Source: Amoebidium appalachense (lineage: Eukaryota; Protista; Ichthyosporea). From it: a DNA stretch of 64,000 nucleotides. The notes beneath the pieces are model-generated. The model ran no database searches, was not told the origin of the DNA, and saw nothing but the letters and a program-made list of their open reading frames with translations. Shown piece by piece: positions 50,250 to 63,731 of the stretch (positions are counted from its first letter, which is position 1; every line of letters begins with the position of its first letter). The position numbers and the translations under genes were made by a program. Where the stretch lies: NCBI GenBank assembly GCA_963693365.1, contig CAVNZM010000008.1, positions 1,860,001-1,924,000 on the forward strand. Direction: 5' to 3'.

Positions 50250-50906
50250 ATGAAGGCCGCTATGATTGCTTCCCTCGCCATTGTGGCCCCTGCCGCTGCC
50301 GCCACGCAGATGTGCATTTTCAGGACCCAGAACTGCCCGGCTGTCCCCGCCCCCAAGTGCGTCGAGGCCCAGTTCAACACCTGCGCCGTCCTGCCCGAGC
50401 TGATGCCCGGTGTCCAGGCCTACTACAAGGCCACGCAGACTGCCAACGGTGTGTCTGCCAGTGTGTTCCTTGATGCTGCATGTGCCAACCCCGTTGTTCC
50501 CGAGATGCAGATCCCCAACAACGTGTGCTTCGAGCCCACCCTGCCTGTGTCCCTGCCCTTCTTCATCAAGGTCGTCCCCTCTGCCGTCGTACCCTCCAGC
50601 TCGGCCAACCAGGCCACAACCACCACCGCTGCTGCTGACACCACCACAACTGCGGCCGCAGCCACCACCACCACCACTGCAGATGCCACCACCACCACCA
50701 CCACCACCACCACTGCTGCTGCCCTCAACACCACCACCACGGCCGTTGCCCCCATGACCACCACCACTGGTGTTGCCTCCAGCACCGCTGCCCCCATTGC
50801 CACCACCACCGGCAAGCCTGCTGCCACCACCACCGGCTCTGGCGCCGCCTTCATGGCTCCCAGCCTGTTTGCCATTGTGGCCGCTGTCGCTGCCACCCTG
50901 TTCTAA
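50250..50906 (+). CDS. Secreted Cys-domain + Thr/Ala-rich surface or cell-wall protein, probable GPI anchor
   Basis: Intronless 218 aa. Signal peptide MKAAMIASLAIVAPAAAA, six-Cys N-domain, poly-Thr stalk, C-terminal TGSGAAFMAPSLFAIVAAVAATLF (omega site + hydrophobic tail). Codons are strongly C-ending. Confidence 0.88.
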   Translation: MKAAMIASLAIVAPAAAATQMCIFRTQNCPAVPAPKCVEAQFNTCAVLPELMPGVQAYYKATQTANGVSASVFLDAACANPVVPEMQIPNNVCFEPTLPVSLPFFIKVVPSAVVPSSSANQATTTTAAADTTTTAAAATTTTTADATTTTTTTTTAAALNTTTTAVAPMTTTTGVASSTAAPIATTTGKPAATTTGSGAAFMAPSLFAIVAAVAATLF

Positions 50907-51239
50907 GCACGCAGTTACCATAGGTACGCGGCCACCGACACTCTTTGCAACATAATATGCACACAGTACTGGTGATGAGTGACAATCATGTGACCCATTA
51001 TGGTGCTAGGTGTGAAGTGTGTTCTAATATCGTGCTTACACTCTGGGTGTGGTGGCTTAAATAAGGAGGTTAAGTTAAGTTGCTTAAGGCTTCAGGCCTT
51101 ACCGACATGCACTCTGTTGACCGGGGTCGTGCTGGTACATAAATAATTTAGCGCGTTGTCGTATGTGCTTGGGAACTTCTGGTGCACGGCTGGTCCCATG
51201 CACGATCTATTCAAATATATGCACAGCCTCAATGATTAT

Positions 51240-51851
51240 TCTTTGCTCTTCTATCACTTTGATCGTAGAGCGAAGTATATTCCAAGAGGATTCGATTGTC
51301 AGGCTTTTCTGTCTTTTGTCAACGGGACTCAGGTAGTAACTTATCACTGAACCTGAAACGACCTCGTGCACTCCTCGTCAAGAATGATCTGTCTAGCATC
51401 CCCCCTCCCCACCTCCCCCTGCCCCCCCCCCCCCCCTCCCCCCCAACCACCCACCGCACCCCCGCCTCCCATAACGGCACACACTCAAACTCATAAAACC
51501 CTCCTTCCACTCACCTCGGCCAGTTCCTACTTATACTAGTACTGGAACCCACTTTCCCGTGTCACGAGGCTCCTTCTTCCACTCTCGCCAGTGCACATAA
51601 TTTAACCACACACACGCACATACTGCACACAGCATGATGCATACTGTAAACACAACCAACCAGACACACACACACACACACACGGGTGCAATGGATGACT
51701 GGCTCGGGTGGCGCCCACAGGTTTGTCCCCCCCCCCCCCCCCCCCCCCCCCTCCCCCCAACACACACACGCACACACGAACACGCACACACACGAACACA
51801 CACACACACACACGCACACACACACACACACACACGTGCGCGCGTGCGCAT

Positions 51852-51884
<33 letters not shown>

Positions 51885-52237
51885 ACCGCCACCACCACCC
51901 GCTCCCCAGTGCCCATGCATTCATTTCCTTCCGTTGCATTGTTTACCGATTAGGCAGAATAAAAAGAGATCTGCCATATGCAGCAGGCAAGCGACTTTGA
52001 GCAAAGAGGGAATCTCACTCCTTTTATCTCAGTTTTAAAAATCATTGATAGTAGGTGAGCAACGTGAACAATATGGTTATGCCCTGGAATATGTTTAATC
52101 AGGTTTTCTGAATTGATCTGTTGACCTTAGCTTTTGCTGATATGCAACCAATCGGCAGTGAGATGCCCAGTGACGATATGTTGAAGAATGGTGGCCGATT
52201 AGAGGGTTTCCAGCTGTGGGTCAACTTGCCCAAAAAG
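51240..52237 (+). pseudogene. Pirin (cupin) gene remnant
   Basis: Exons 51686-51720 and 52159-52237 splice to [38 protein letters not shown] (pirin QWMTAG..HSE and FQLWVNLP motifs). The upstream part is decayed (LLFYHFD..PRGFD / VVTYH*, no HPH) and no downstream exons were found. Confidence 0.7.
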
Positions 52238-52354
52238 GTTAGCGCCCCTTGAATGTCATTGGCTATAAGCCCCCCCCCCCCCCCCACATGTTCCTACATC
52301 CCTCTTTATTGAAAGACACACACCCACGAGCACACGCACACATCAACACACACG

Positions 52355-52390
<36 letters not shown>

Positions 52391-52561
52391 CTCTCTCTCT
52401 CTCTCTCCCCCCTCACCTCGGCCAGTTCCTACTTATACTAGTACTGGAACCCACTTTCCCGTGTCACGAGGCTCCTTCTTCCACTCTCGCTAGTGCACAT
52501 AATTTAACCGTGGCACACACACGCACATACTGCACACAGCATGATGCATACTGTAAACACA
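51510..52561. repeat. ~145-bp direct repeat pair (51510-51652 and 52412-52561) bracketing the pirin exons
   Basis: CTCACCTCGGCCAGTTCCTACTTATACTAGTACTGGAACCCACTTTCCCGTGTCACGAGG...GCATACTGTAAACAC is nearly identical in both copies. Confidence 0.9.
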
Positions 52562-52566
52562 GGCAA

Positions 52567-52623
<57 letters not shown>

Positions 52624-53225
52624 GTGGCACACTGTGACACAGTGTCACACATATACGTGCACCCAAACACACACACACGCACACATATTATTAAGCACAC
52701 AAAAATTCACATACGCGCGTACGCGCGCACACACACGCACACACACACACCTGACACCATCGGAGATACACACACGGACCGTTGAACAAAAACACTTGCG
52801 TTCATACATGTACCAAATACCGTACACACACAGCCACAACGCACACCGAGCACAACCAAACTTATTCACTGACTCACTGACTCCGACCAAGCTGAATGCA
52901 AGTTGTACACCCATCACATGAATACGAATACTCGTCTCCCAATCATCACCCACATCCACGCACAAACATACAGACTTGTCCATACACATCCGCCGTCACA
53001 GACCTAAAACACATTGCTAACAGCACAAATGAACGGTCAAAGTAGGGCTACGGTTTTTATTAGCCTTTGTGCGGCTTCTCTACCCTCCTGTAATACACAT
53101 ACTAGTTTCAATGGCACACAAAATCATACATTCAAGTGCAAACCACCACACGAGTATAATATCACCCCGGAATGGAGGGAAAGGGGGGGGGGGGGGGGGG
53201 TTGAAAACAGATGAGGGTGTGTGCG

Positions 53226-53256
<31 letters not shown>

Positions 53257-53468
53257 TTGGGGTGGTGGGGGGGACCGAGGGAGAGGGGGAAGGGGAGGGG
53301 GAGATGGAGGGGGACCAGGGAGGCTGGTGAAGGGGGGGGGGGGGGGGGGGGGGGGGGGATTTTGCTGGACCAATCAGTGGTGGTACGGGTAGAGAGCGTG
53401 GGGTCCAATTGGAGACAAGGGGTGGGGTTGGGGTGTGTGTGTCTGCCGCTTTATCTGTGCGGTGTGTG

Positions 53469-53551
<83 letters not shown>

Positions 53552-54206
53552 GGGGGGTTGGGAGGGTGGGGGGGGGAGTGGAGAGAGCGGGAAGGAGGTT
53601 GGGGACGTTATGTGTTGCTATAGACAGACACACACAGTCTGCAGCATGTGAACAAATGAGAAGTGCTTGGGGAGAGTTGGGTACCCTTTCCCACAGGGGA
53701 GGTGTGTGTGTGTGAAGTTGGGGAGATGGGAATTCAGGGGTGGGGCGGGCGGGGTGGGGGAGGGAAGGGGAGGGGAAGGGGGGGGGGGGGGGGGGGGGGG
53801 AAGGGGGGAGCAAGTTAAATAGGGCCACAATATTCGGACAGAAATTGAGGAACATAGGTGGAACTTCTTGAAGGGCATTATACCTCGGGTCGGAGGGCGG
53901 GGGGCTGGGGGGGGGAGGGGGGGGGGGGGGGGGGTTATGTTTCTGTGTTCAGTACGTGCTTGCCCCCCCCCCCGCCCCCTCCCCGCCCCCTTCCCCCATT
54001 CTCGTCCGTTTCTTCGTACTTTTACCCCCTTTTTATTTTTTTTTTGTGGGTGAAAGGGTGCAGGGAAGGCAGGAGGAGGGGAGGAGGAGGGGGGGAGGGG
54101 GGTCTGGGTAAAGAAGGAAAGAGCTAGATAGGGGTGATTTAGTGGAGAGCAGTAATCACTAGGCGGTTGAAGTATGATGGGCAAGGGTCGAAAAGGGAAT
54201 GGTGGG

Positions 54207-54266
<60 letters not shown>

Positions 54267-54631
54267 TGTGTATGCGTGTGTGTGTGTGTGTGTGTGTGTG
54301 GTGGTGGCGGTGGTGTTGGGGGGGGGGGGGGGGGAGGGGATGTGTTACTAACAGCATGCACTACGCAGGCGGAGAGGGGGGGGGGGGGAGGAGGAAGACA
54401 GGGGGGAGGGGGGGAGGGGGGGGGGGGGGACTCGGATGTCGGCTTGTGTTGTTTTTATTACCAACTTTCACGTTCGGCTCTCGTTCACTGCCCCTCCATT
54501 CATGGGTATATGTAAACATAGTACCATATTACATTCCAAGATCTTACACTGTCCAGCCCAGCCAATGGGGAGAAAAAGGTTCGAAACCTTAGGGGTTGCT
54601 TTATGTAAAACAGGGTTCAGATGTGTTCCCC

Positions 54632-54662
<31 letters not shown>

Positions 54663-54844
54663 ACACCTCCCCCTCCGGATCCACATTTCACCAAAAAATA
54701 AAACAGATAACAAACTCTTCGCTGGCATGGCAATGCACTGAGCTCTCATAGAACGAATATATGGGGGAGAGGGGGGGATGGCGCGGGGCCCGGGAGGGAG
54801 GGGGAGAGGGGGTTGAGAGGGGAGGGCTCCCACACCCACACCCA

Positions 54845-54915
<71 letters not shown>

Positions 54916-55560
54916 CCCCCCCCCCCCCCCCCCCCCGCCCCAACACACACACATTTATATAAAAGTCTTTCTTCAACTCACAGTTGCAGGTGTGTAGGAG
55001 TAGCCAAGATATGAAGAGTAAAAGGCCTTTTTTTACAAACGAAGCAAATATATATCCATAGTATCATGGCTCTTCCTTCTCTCTCTCTACTCGACACACA
55101 CAACCGTATTTCCGTAAGTTCATATATATGCACACAACGAACATATCACTTCCCCTTCGTCAACACCCCCGACCACACCTCCACCCCACTAGCATACATA
55201 CCTGCCTGTTCGTGGTTCATGCAGGCAGCATACTCGAACCAACCAACCAGCCCCCCTCCCCCCCCCCCCCCCCCCTCCCCCACCCCACAAACACCCATTT
55301 ACCCCAATCCCTGGTGCCCCTGCCCTTCTCTTTCTGCCCGACTCACTCCTCTCCCGCATAAAATTACGCACACACACGCACACATACACAACACAAGAAC
55401 ACATGCACATGCACATGCACACACACACACACACACTTTGAAACACACGCGCGCACACAAGAACATACGCGTGCGCACACACACATAAACACACACGCAC
55501 AAACACACACGCACGCACGCACACGCACGCACACGCACGCACACGCACGCACGCACACGC

Positions 55561-55605
<45 letters not shown>

Positions 55606-56106
55606 GTTGACACCGACACCAGCACCAGCAACATGTATGGTTGAACCCATCGTAACCGCCCCCCCCCCCCCCCCCCCCCCCCCCCCCCACACACACACAT
55701 CACCACCACCACCACCACCACCACCATGCACACACAACTACACCCTCCTAAGATACACTCCCTTATTCCCACATTAAGTCGCCCCGGTCCCACAAACAAA
55801 GCATGCACCGCGAATGCACCAAACTCAAACAAAACTGCCGATAATGCCACAGACAACCTGAGGCAAAAACACCACCAGATAGAGACAATACTTGAAGAGA
55901 ACACTAACCTTGAAACTCGAAGAAGTTGACGTTGAAACACGGGTAAGCTGCAGAGCACTCCCTGTCAAAACTCGGCATGCCCTTGCGAGCCCGTCCTGAA
56001 TGGTCGCAGTGCAAGTGGTGACTTCATTGTGCTTCCCTTTATTAAAAAAAAACTTGACCAACCACGACGCCTTCCAATGTGCATACACCTACAGGTTACA
56101 ACTGAA

Positions 56107-56171
56107 TTCGAAGCTTAACCACGTTGTCTGAAAAAGTCTTCGAAGCTTAACCATATTGTCTGAAAAAGTCT
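56107..56171. repeat. 33-bp tandem duplication
   Basis: TTCGAAGCTTAACCA..TTGTCTGAAAAAGTCT x2. Confidence 0.8.
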
Positions 56172-56287
56172 GAAGAGTAAATGCGGGCCCGGGTACACGC
56201 GTTACACGTGGTAGGCCCGGAGGTCTGAGCTGAGCTGGCGCTCTGTTGTCAGTTGACACTCGGTAGGTACAAAGTCTCAGAACGATC

Positions 56288-56385
56288 CTATTGGCCCGAA
56301 GACTTAAGTAATGCAGTTTTTGATTGGCGGAATAATCTAGGGCTGGGACAGGCTGGCACGCATTTATTGGCTGCTTATAAAAAAG
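56288..56385 (+). promoter_or_regulatory. Triple CCAAT (ATTGG) + TATA promoter
   Basis: ATTGG at ~56290, 56323 and 56366, followed by TATAAAAAA at ~56376; lies upstream of the PP1-regulator gene. Confidence 0.5.
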
Positions 56386-57383
56386 CGCATTCCCCAAGAG
56401 CAGTGTAAAAAATCAAAAAACAAAAGCCATGCTGGCCAACTTTACTCATGAGTCACGAGCAGCCTTGCGCTGTTATGTGCATGTTGATGTAAACGCTTCA
56501 AGGGACCTGGGAACAACATAGTATTTCCCCCATTCTTTTAAAACTGAAAAAGTAAAACTACACAAACACATGTCTATGGTTATGGACACCAAGTGTGCAG
56601 TTGTTTCATTTGAACTGGAATCTCGAGCTCCTCGAGTAGGTGGGCAGCAGCTGTGAACAACGTGGGCTGGGAGCTCCAGGGCGCTTTCTAGTCTTCATAT
56701 CATTTTGGTTGAATAAGCTATGAATCACCTTTTTCTTGTCCATTTTCTTAGAGCCAAAAAACTGTCTTTTCAATATTATTTTTTTTTCTTTCTGGCAGGG
56801 TTCTGGCGTACAAGTATGTAAGGCCAGGTTGGGGAAATTACAGGATTCACACATTTCACAGCAAAAGCAAACGCATGCTGATTGGCTATCGCGAATTCCT
56901 ATTGAATTCTATTGCTGCTAAAAACGTTCAGCAAAAACACCTTCTTGTCACTGTCCCTGTCAGCCACAAGAGTGTGACAAGACTCAGAGAGAGAGCCAAC
57001 TTATTGTTTTTACACTTACGAAGTATACCAGTAGATACATCTGGAAGTAGTGCGCGCGAAACAGTAAGAGCTATAAAGTAGTGTAGGTAGAATTGCAGGA
57101 GTGTTTGGTACATCACTCCATTCTTCCTCTTTCTATTTTCTTTCGATCGGTCCAAAACCATCTGTATTCAGTGAACAGTGGTTTCGCAACCACCATCGTT
57201 CAGCCCCTTGGTTTATTTGACATCCCAAAGTCAGTGAAAACATCTCATGAACACAAACATCCCTACATAGTTGCTCTGACACTTCAAGAGTATAAAAAAA
57301 GAAGCTAGCTTGATACTCCTTTATAGCTTGAATTACTTCACCAACCTCATCCACTGGTGTTTCATAGAATACTTCTTTCCAAA

Positions 57384-58632
57384 ATGTATGTGCACCAGCC
57401 AATCAGTGTGCTCGAGAAGGTTGACTTTGGCGACCACGAAGATGATTTTTGGACTTCGCGCAAAGTACGTGCTCATCTTAAACCACATATATGCTTTCTC
57501 ATCCCTTTCTTCTTATATTGTGCTTGCAAAGCTTGCCGTTGTGAGAGCACATGCGGTGGTGACATGCTAGACATAGTGTATGAAAACGGTAAACTGAGAA
57601 GAAGCATTGCACGGCCTGCTTGAATGGATGTTATGCACGATTTAATGTGGCTAAAACACAAGAAATGTTGTTTAAGAGGGCCGTATGAGCGCGACAACTG
57701 TTCAGGTTCACACGTGTCCTAGCGCTGTTGCTTGCACAAATGGTCTACTGTTTGCCTGTTGTGGGGAGGTGACTCTGCCGGCCTCTGTGGTAGACTCTGG
57801 TAGCTTATTGTGCCCAAACCACTATCGTGTTTGGCAAAGGCCCACTAGCAGGCGTATGCACGGGCAATGTGCTTCAGTTGATACAGCACTTAGCATACAA
57901 ACGGGCCATGCACATAATAAGTGCAACCGTTAACCTGTAGCCGATATACCTATTTACCAACAAGAGCCAAACAGAACACCATATTTTCCTTATGTCTCCA
58001 CTCTACTTTTGCTTCCACGTGTCCCTACTAACCTGCATGTTCCCCTTCTGCAGTCTACCCACACGATGTTGTCGTGCTTCGCCCCGTTTGCATCACTTCT
58101 GGGCGCGTTCAAAGTGGAACATGGAATCTCAAAAGCTTCGCCATCGTTCTCAGAGGCTGGCCCATTGTATCTTAACGGACAGAGAAAAATGGAAGCAAGT
58201 GTCAGGGGTCCGGTGAACCCGCAGGCAGTGTTGTGCATTGATGATAGCTCAACGACGAGCTTGAACAGCATGGAAGTCGGCATGTGCCCAGAAAAGCGCA
58301 AGGATGAGGGTGGGTGCAGTGGTAAATCAAGCTCAAAAACAACGAAGGGGGCCAAGTCGTGCCTGGTCAAGACGAGAAACGGGAGGCAACGGGTGTCTTT
58401 TGCTGCGCATCTGACGGTGAGTGAACCACACAAGTGTGTTATCAAGGGACACAGTGGAATCTGTGCTATCTCTGAGCATGTTTTTCTTTCCGAAAGTTTT
58501 TTGTTTGTGTCTTTCACATGCTTATTCATCTTTTTCTTCTTCATCATCGTCGTCTTCTTCTTCTTCTTCTTTTTCTCCTTCTCCTTTTTTTCGGTTGGGT
58601 GGGGGTGGAGTGTGTGTGTGTGTGTGTGTGTG

Positions 58633-58667
<35 letters not shown>

Positions 58668-59596
58668 TGCCAATGTTTCTATGTGCACGTCATGAGCACA
58701 AGGCTTTACCTGTTTTTCTTTCTTTTTTTTTTGTTGGGAGGGGGCGAAGAGGGGGATGCCAATGTTTCTATGTGCAGGTCCAAGCTTCGCCTGTTTTCTA
58801 TTGGAGTATCGACCCTTAGTACATGAAACAGTTTGGTGTGTTAAATAACATGGTTGGAACAATACCTAATGGATTATTTGGTGGCTGCAGATCGACTGCC
58901 CGACATACAGCAACATAGAGTACGATAGGTCTGCGGCCCCAACATCACCGCTGACGCCATACAAGTACCGCGCCATCATGTCAGGTGTGTATTTGCTCCA
59001 TATATTTGAACATATTTAAGTTGGCTGAAGTTGTTGGCTACATTTATTACACGACTATTGCAAAAAGTTGGTGTCTGCTGTGTTAAGAACCAGTTCTGAC
59101 CGGGGAACTTGGTTCTATGCCGCGTGGGCAGGGGATGCTTCATATTACATATTAAGACCCCCCCCCCTCGCCTGTGGGGCTGACTTAGCTATAGCCACGT
59201 CTGGCATATATTTCTCCTCTCGGGTACCTCTCTCAGCACAAATATTCTTTCATCTCTCTAGCAACCAAGGCTATGCTACAGCTAACTAGAGACTTGTGCC
59301 GAGAGAGAAGAAGACAGCGTTTCATACCAACTCCATCAACACCCAAACCTAAGGCATTTGTGTGCTAGTCATTAGTCGAATATTCCAGATTTGTCTACGA
59401 GCCTATTGTGTGATTATGTGTTAGAGAAGCACAGGTAACGAATGTTATTGGTACTGTGTGCATCGTGCTGACTGAGATCTACCCCCCAGAGCTGTACGTG
59501 TTCAAGACGTATGAGATGAAGCAAGCCACCCAGGAGCCTATGGGTGACCGCAAGTCGGCCTTCTACACAAACCGTAGCGCCAGACTAAACCTTTAG
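57384..59596 (+). CDS. PP1-binding regulatory protein, Bni4/Phactr/neurabin-type C-terminal module
   Basis: Exons 57384-57464, (57706-57768 optional), 58054-58416, 58891-58984 and 59490-59596 give KSCLVK...RQRVSFAAHLT-IDCPTYSNIEYDRSAAPTSPLTPYKYRAIMS-ELYVFKTYEMK. This is a SILK-like site, RVxF and the TYS.EYDR...LTP...I..EL..FK..EM signature. TACTAAC branch point at 58026. The start is tentative. Confidence 0.75.
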
Positions 59597-61076
59597 CAAA
59601 CCAACGAACTCCTTTTGGATTCCCCCCGCCCACCCACACACACGACCACCCCTTGGTGTCCCCCCCCCCCCCCCCTCCCCCCCCCTCCCCCCCCCCCCCG
59701 GGGGCCGTCCCAGCACTCCAGGTTCCTCCCGTCCTTCCTCTATATTTCCTTTCACCATGAATCGCTGGTGCATGAACGCAAAGGACCGTCATTTTCCGAT
59801 CGTGTTGTAATGCAAGAGCATTTCGTGTTGTTTTACAACCTTGCCCTGTGTCCATTCACCCGCTCTATTCCGGTAGCCTTATGGAGGGATTTCTTGCTAG
59901 TATGTTAGCTAGATTATCAGCACCTGCCTTCTAATAGCTGCTTGGATGCAAACACAGCCTTCTGTGTAGCTTTTTGCCTGTGTTTTTAATATAAGGAATA
60001 ACCTGATTTATGGACTGTCTTTATCCTGAACTTGTGTATAGAGCTGTAACATGATGCAGATGGATTTGTGTACAAAAGTAATGAAAAGTGCCCGCGAAAT
60101 AATTGCTGGATATGCATATGTACTGTACATAAAGAATTTCAATGATTGATTTGTCGGGTTATCCCGGTGCCCTATATCCCGAATGTATTGAAAGCCACTG
60201 GCTTTGGCTCAAAAACAAACATCGGCATATTGGATTATCTTCTGTCTACCTGGTCCATCCCACTTTTAATATTCAAGAATTATTGAGTTCCACTCCCCTC
60301 CTTCCTCCCCTGCTTGCCCACGATTTGACCACTACTACGTACACGCGCACACATGCACACATGGATACACACAAAAATACGGACACACACACACACACGC
60401 ACACGCACACAAGTGCGCCGGCGCGCCCGCGCACCCACGCACATGCGTGCGCGAGCACACAAACACCTGTGCGTGCGTACACACACAGACCAATACACTA
60501 GCACGTGCGCATGCATGTACACACATAACATACACACACACACGTACATGTCCACACACGCACACAAACCAGTAACTACATAAACCGACACTACTAACAT
60601 TTGCAGGTGGTGTCGTCACCCGAGGTTCCTAGGCTGACAGCTGACCGCTGGGGAAATAAAATGAAAGTGAATATGCAATCGCGTTTTTTATTCGCTGATC
60701 GATTGCGCTGTTCAGGTTTTGCACAAGATACCTGCTCCACTAAAATCCTAAAATTCCAAATTCATCCTAAAATTCAAAAAATCTAATAGGCCATAGAATA
60801 AGAGTAGAAACGAAAGAAGAGAGAAATAACATCACGAATGTACCCTCTAGGGCCCTAAAACTAACATAATACCGTCAAATAAGGGAATGGTGTTTTTTAC
60901 GACATATCTTGCGATTGTAAATGTTTACGCAATTGCATAGGCAACTTCACGTCAGCCTATCACGTAATCCCTGAGATCAGTGGATCACAAAAACAAACTT
61001 CATGGTTTTTTGCACACTGTGCTACCTCTTCTTCGATCTTCGTTCTCCCCTTCCCAGGGGCAAGTATACGCGAAAA

Positions 61077-62416
61077 ATGCCGCTCATGGACGACTATGAT
61101 TCTGACGGGGAAGGGGGCTATGGGGCCTCCGTGCCCTCCACCATCATCCCTTCGGACCCGGTGAGCTTCCCTCAAATTGTTTACCTTGGATCCCTCCCCC
61201 GTCCCCCCCCCCCCCCCCTCCCCCCTCCTCCCCCCCTCCCCCCCCCCCCCCTCCCTCTCTCTTTGCCGCCTTCTTCCCCCCCTCCACCCTTCCGGTGTTC
61301 CTCTCCTCTCATGCTGCATTGCTTCCCATGGTCCTTGTGCACTTGGCTCGTCCTCTATTGGTCTCTCTGTTCCTCCCCATTCTTCTCGGAAAGCCCAATT
61401 CCGAGTTATTAGCTCAACTAAAATGAAAATGGATCTTCCGGAGTGAGGGGATGGTTAGGAGGGTTGGAAGGTGGGTGGGTTGGGCTGGGGGTGGAATGAG
61501 TCCGGGGTGGGGGGAAGCTGTGGCGGATATATATCTTGACCCGTTTTTTTTGCAAGAAAAGAGAAAAGAACTCCAGTCTGGAGCTGGGAAAAGATTAAAA
61601 AACGTCGTGTTTTACTTTATATTTTCATGTCTACTTATCTATAACTTCTGTCGTCCTCTGTGGATTTTCACGTTGGCCAACAATATTTGGCCGCTAGGCA
61701 CATCACATCACTCGCATCCAACCCTCCGCACCACAACCGACTCTGGTGGTGCCTCTTTAATTTGCGCATTTTGTTGACAAAATAGCTGCGGGGGAAAAGC
61801 ACACGTGCACAAGGGCGGCACACACACACAAGCACCTCCCGCACACCCGCACATATACACACATAAGCGTGCGCACACGCACACACACACTTACATGCTC
61901 ACACATTCTAGCGCTAGCACACGATCATACACATGCACGCACACACAGGCACACACAGGCACACACAGGCACACACAGGCACACACAGGCACGCAGAGAG
62001 AAAGTGACACACACACAAAAAAAAACACACACACACACAGAGAGAGAGAGATTCAGAGAACGAGAGACTCTGCACTCACACCTTCTCAGTTAAACACTTA
62101 CCCACATACCAACAAGCAGACTATATACACAGACATACATGCGCGCAACCCCCCCCCCCCCCCCCCCCCCAACCCCCCACCCACCCCACCCCCCCCCCCC
62201 CCCCCCCCCCCCCTCCCCCCCCCCCCCCGGGGGCGAGCCAGCACATCCTCTGACCTCACATATACATACATCATAACATGCAACATCTAGGGCGTTTCTC
62301 TCTTGCTTTCCAGTCTTTCGATTGCTTAAAAAACTTACACACACGCCATCTTTTCTACCATCCATTTTTCTGCCCGCACGTACACTATAATTCTCTAACT
62401 GATACTCTTGCTGAAG

Positions 62417-62454
<38 letters not shown>

Positions 62455-63355
62455 CCTCCCTCCTGGTGCCCCACCCTTCCTCTGTTTTCTTCTCTCGATG
62501 ACTCTACTGCTCACCCCACGGTTTTTTCAACAGAACCAAGTTTGAGTCGATCAGAGTTGCTGTGCCCACACTCTTGTGTTCTCTTCCTCCATTTATCACC
62601 TCCGTCGCAACACACCAATCCCATACATTTTCCTCTCTCTTTTTCAGTGTCTCTCTCTGACTATCCCCCCCCCCCCCCCCCCAAAAAAAAAAAAATAAAT
62701 AAATAAAAATAAAAAATAAGAACAAGCAAACAACAACATCTGAGACTGACCAATCACATTGCAGCTTCCAGTTTCCGGCTATGTTGATGCCCGGCTATCT
62801 GTGGAGGCTGAGGCCATGTTCCAACTCACAAAGGTCGAATATAAGCCCCCGGCACCACTATTGCACATGGTGGTCAGGTTGGTATACCCCCCTTTTTTTT
62901 TAAATAATTATGGACACATATTGAACAGGGTCATGTATAAAAAATAACACTGGCAGGGAACCCCCACCTAGCAACCCACCCACCCACCCCACTCCAACAG
63001 CATTTACACAGAAATATAGCTACACAAACATGGGCACACTTACACCACGTGCGCAGGCATCCAATAGATTCACGCACAGGCACACACACGTTCGAATGCT
63101 TGCACTCGTGGAGACACCCGGCATTTTTCAGACATGGGCAGACACACGGAGATTCAACGGCGCACAAATATTCTTGAAGTTTGTTGCCTGGTGTTAACAA
63201 CAGTGTGCACGCAACCCCCCCGCCCCCCTCCCCCTCCCCCCACCCCACCCTACCCCCCTGCTGCCACCACCCACCCTGAACCCCCTTCCTCTCCTCATAC
63301 ATATCTGCACTGACATAAAGTAGAGCACACAGATGGAAAGGCTCCTCAACCCTGA

Positions 63356-63397
<42 letters not shown>

Positions 63398-63693
63398 AAA
63401 AAAAAAAGAAAGAAAGAAACGTCCCAAACCCCTCACCTTTCTGCCCACCGAAATATTATGCCCCGTAATGTGCTTATGCCCCTTTATTGCACTCCCCTCC
63501 CACCAATAATGTCGCTCTCATACAAGCCATTTCACTTCTCTTCCTATTTTTCATAGAATGCACCCTCTGAAGCCCCATCCAGCATTTAACCCTTTCTACC
63601 CCCGCAGCAACAGCATAGTGGTGCTGGCACTGACCAACTGCCATATCATTCGTATCGACCTGGACAATCCGGAAATTGTTGACGGTATCTCTC

Positions 63694-63731
<38 letters not shown>

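Noticed and set aside
50199-50921. Antisense ORFs (240 aa and 157 aa) over the Thr-rich gene
   Set aside because: They are shadows of strong codon bias; the + frame has the signal peptide, GPI signal and TATA box.
54570-54625. tRNA or tRNA-derived SINE (GGTTCGAAACC box B-like)
   Set aside because: No cloverleaf or box A could be built around it.
55730-56090. Minus-strand ORFs near 55.3-56.1 kb
   Set aside because: No motif recognised and partly repeat-derived; cannot be supported.
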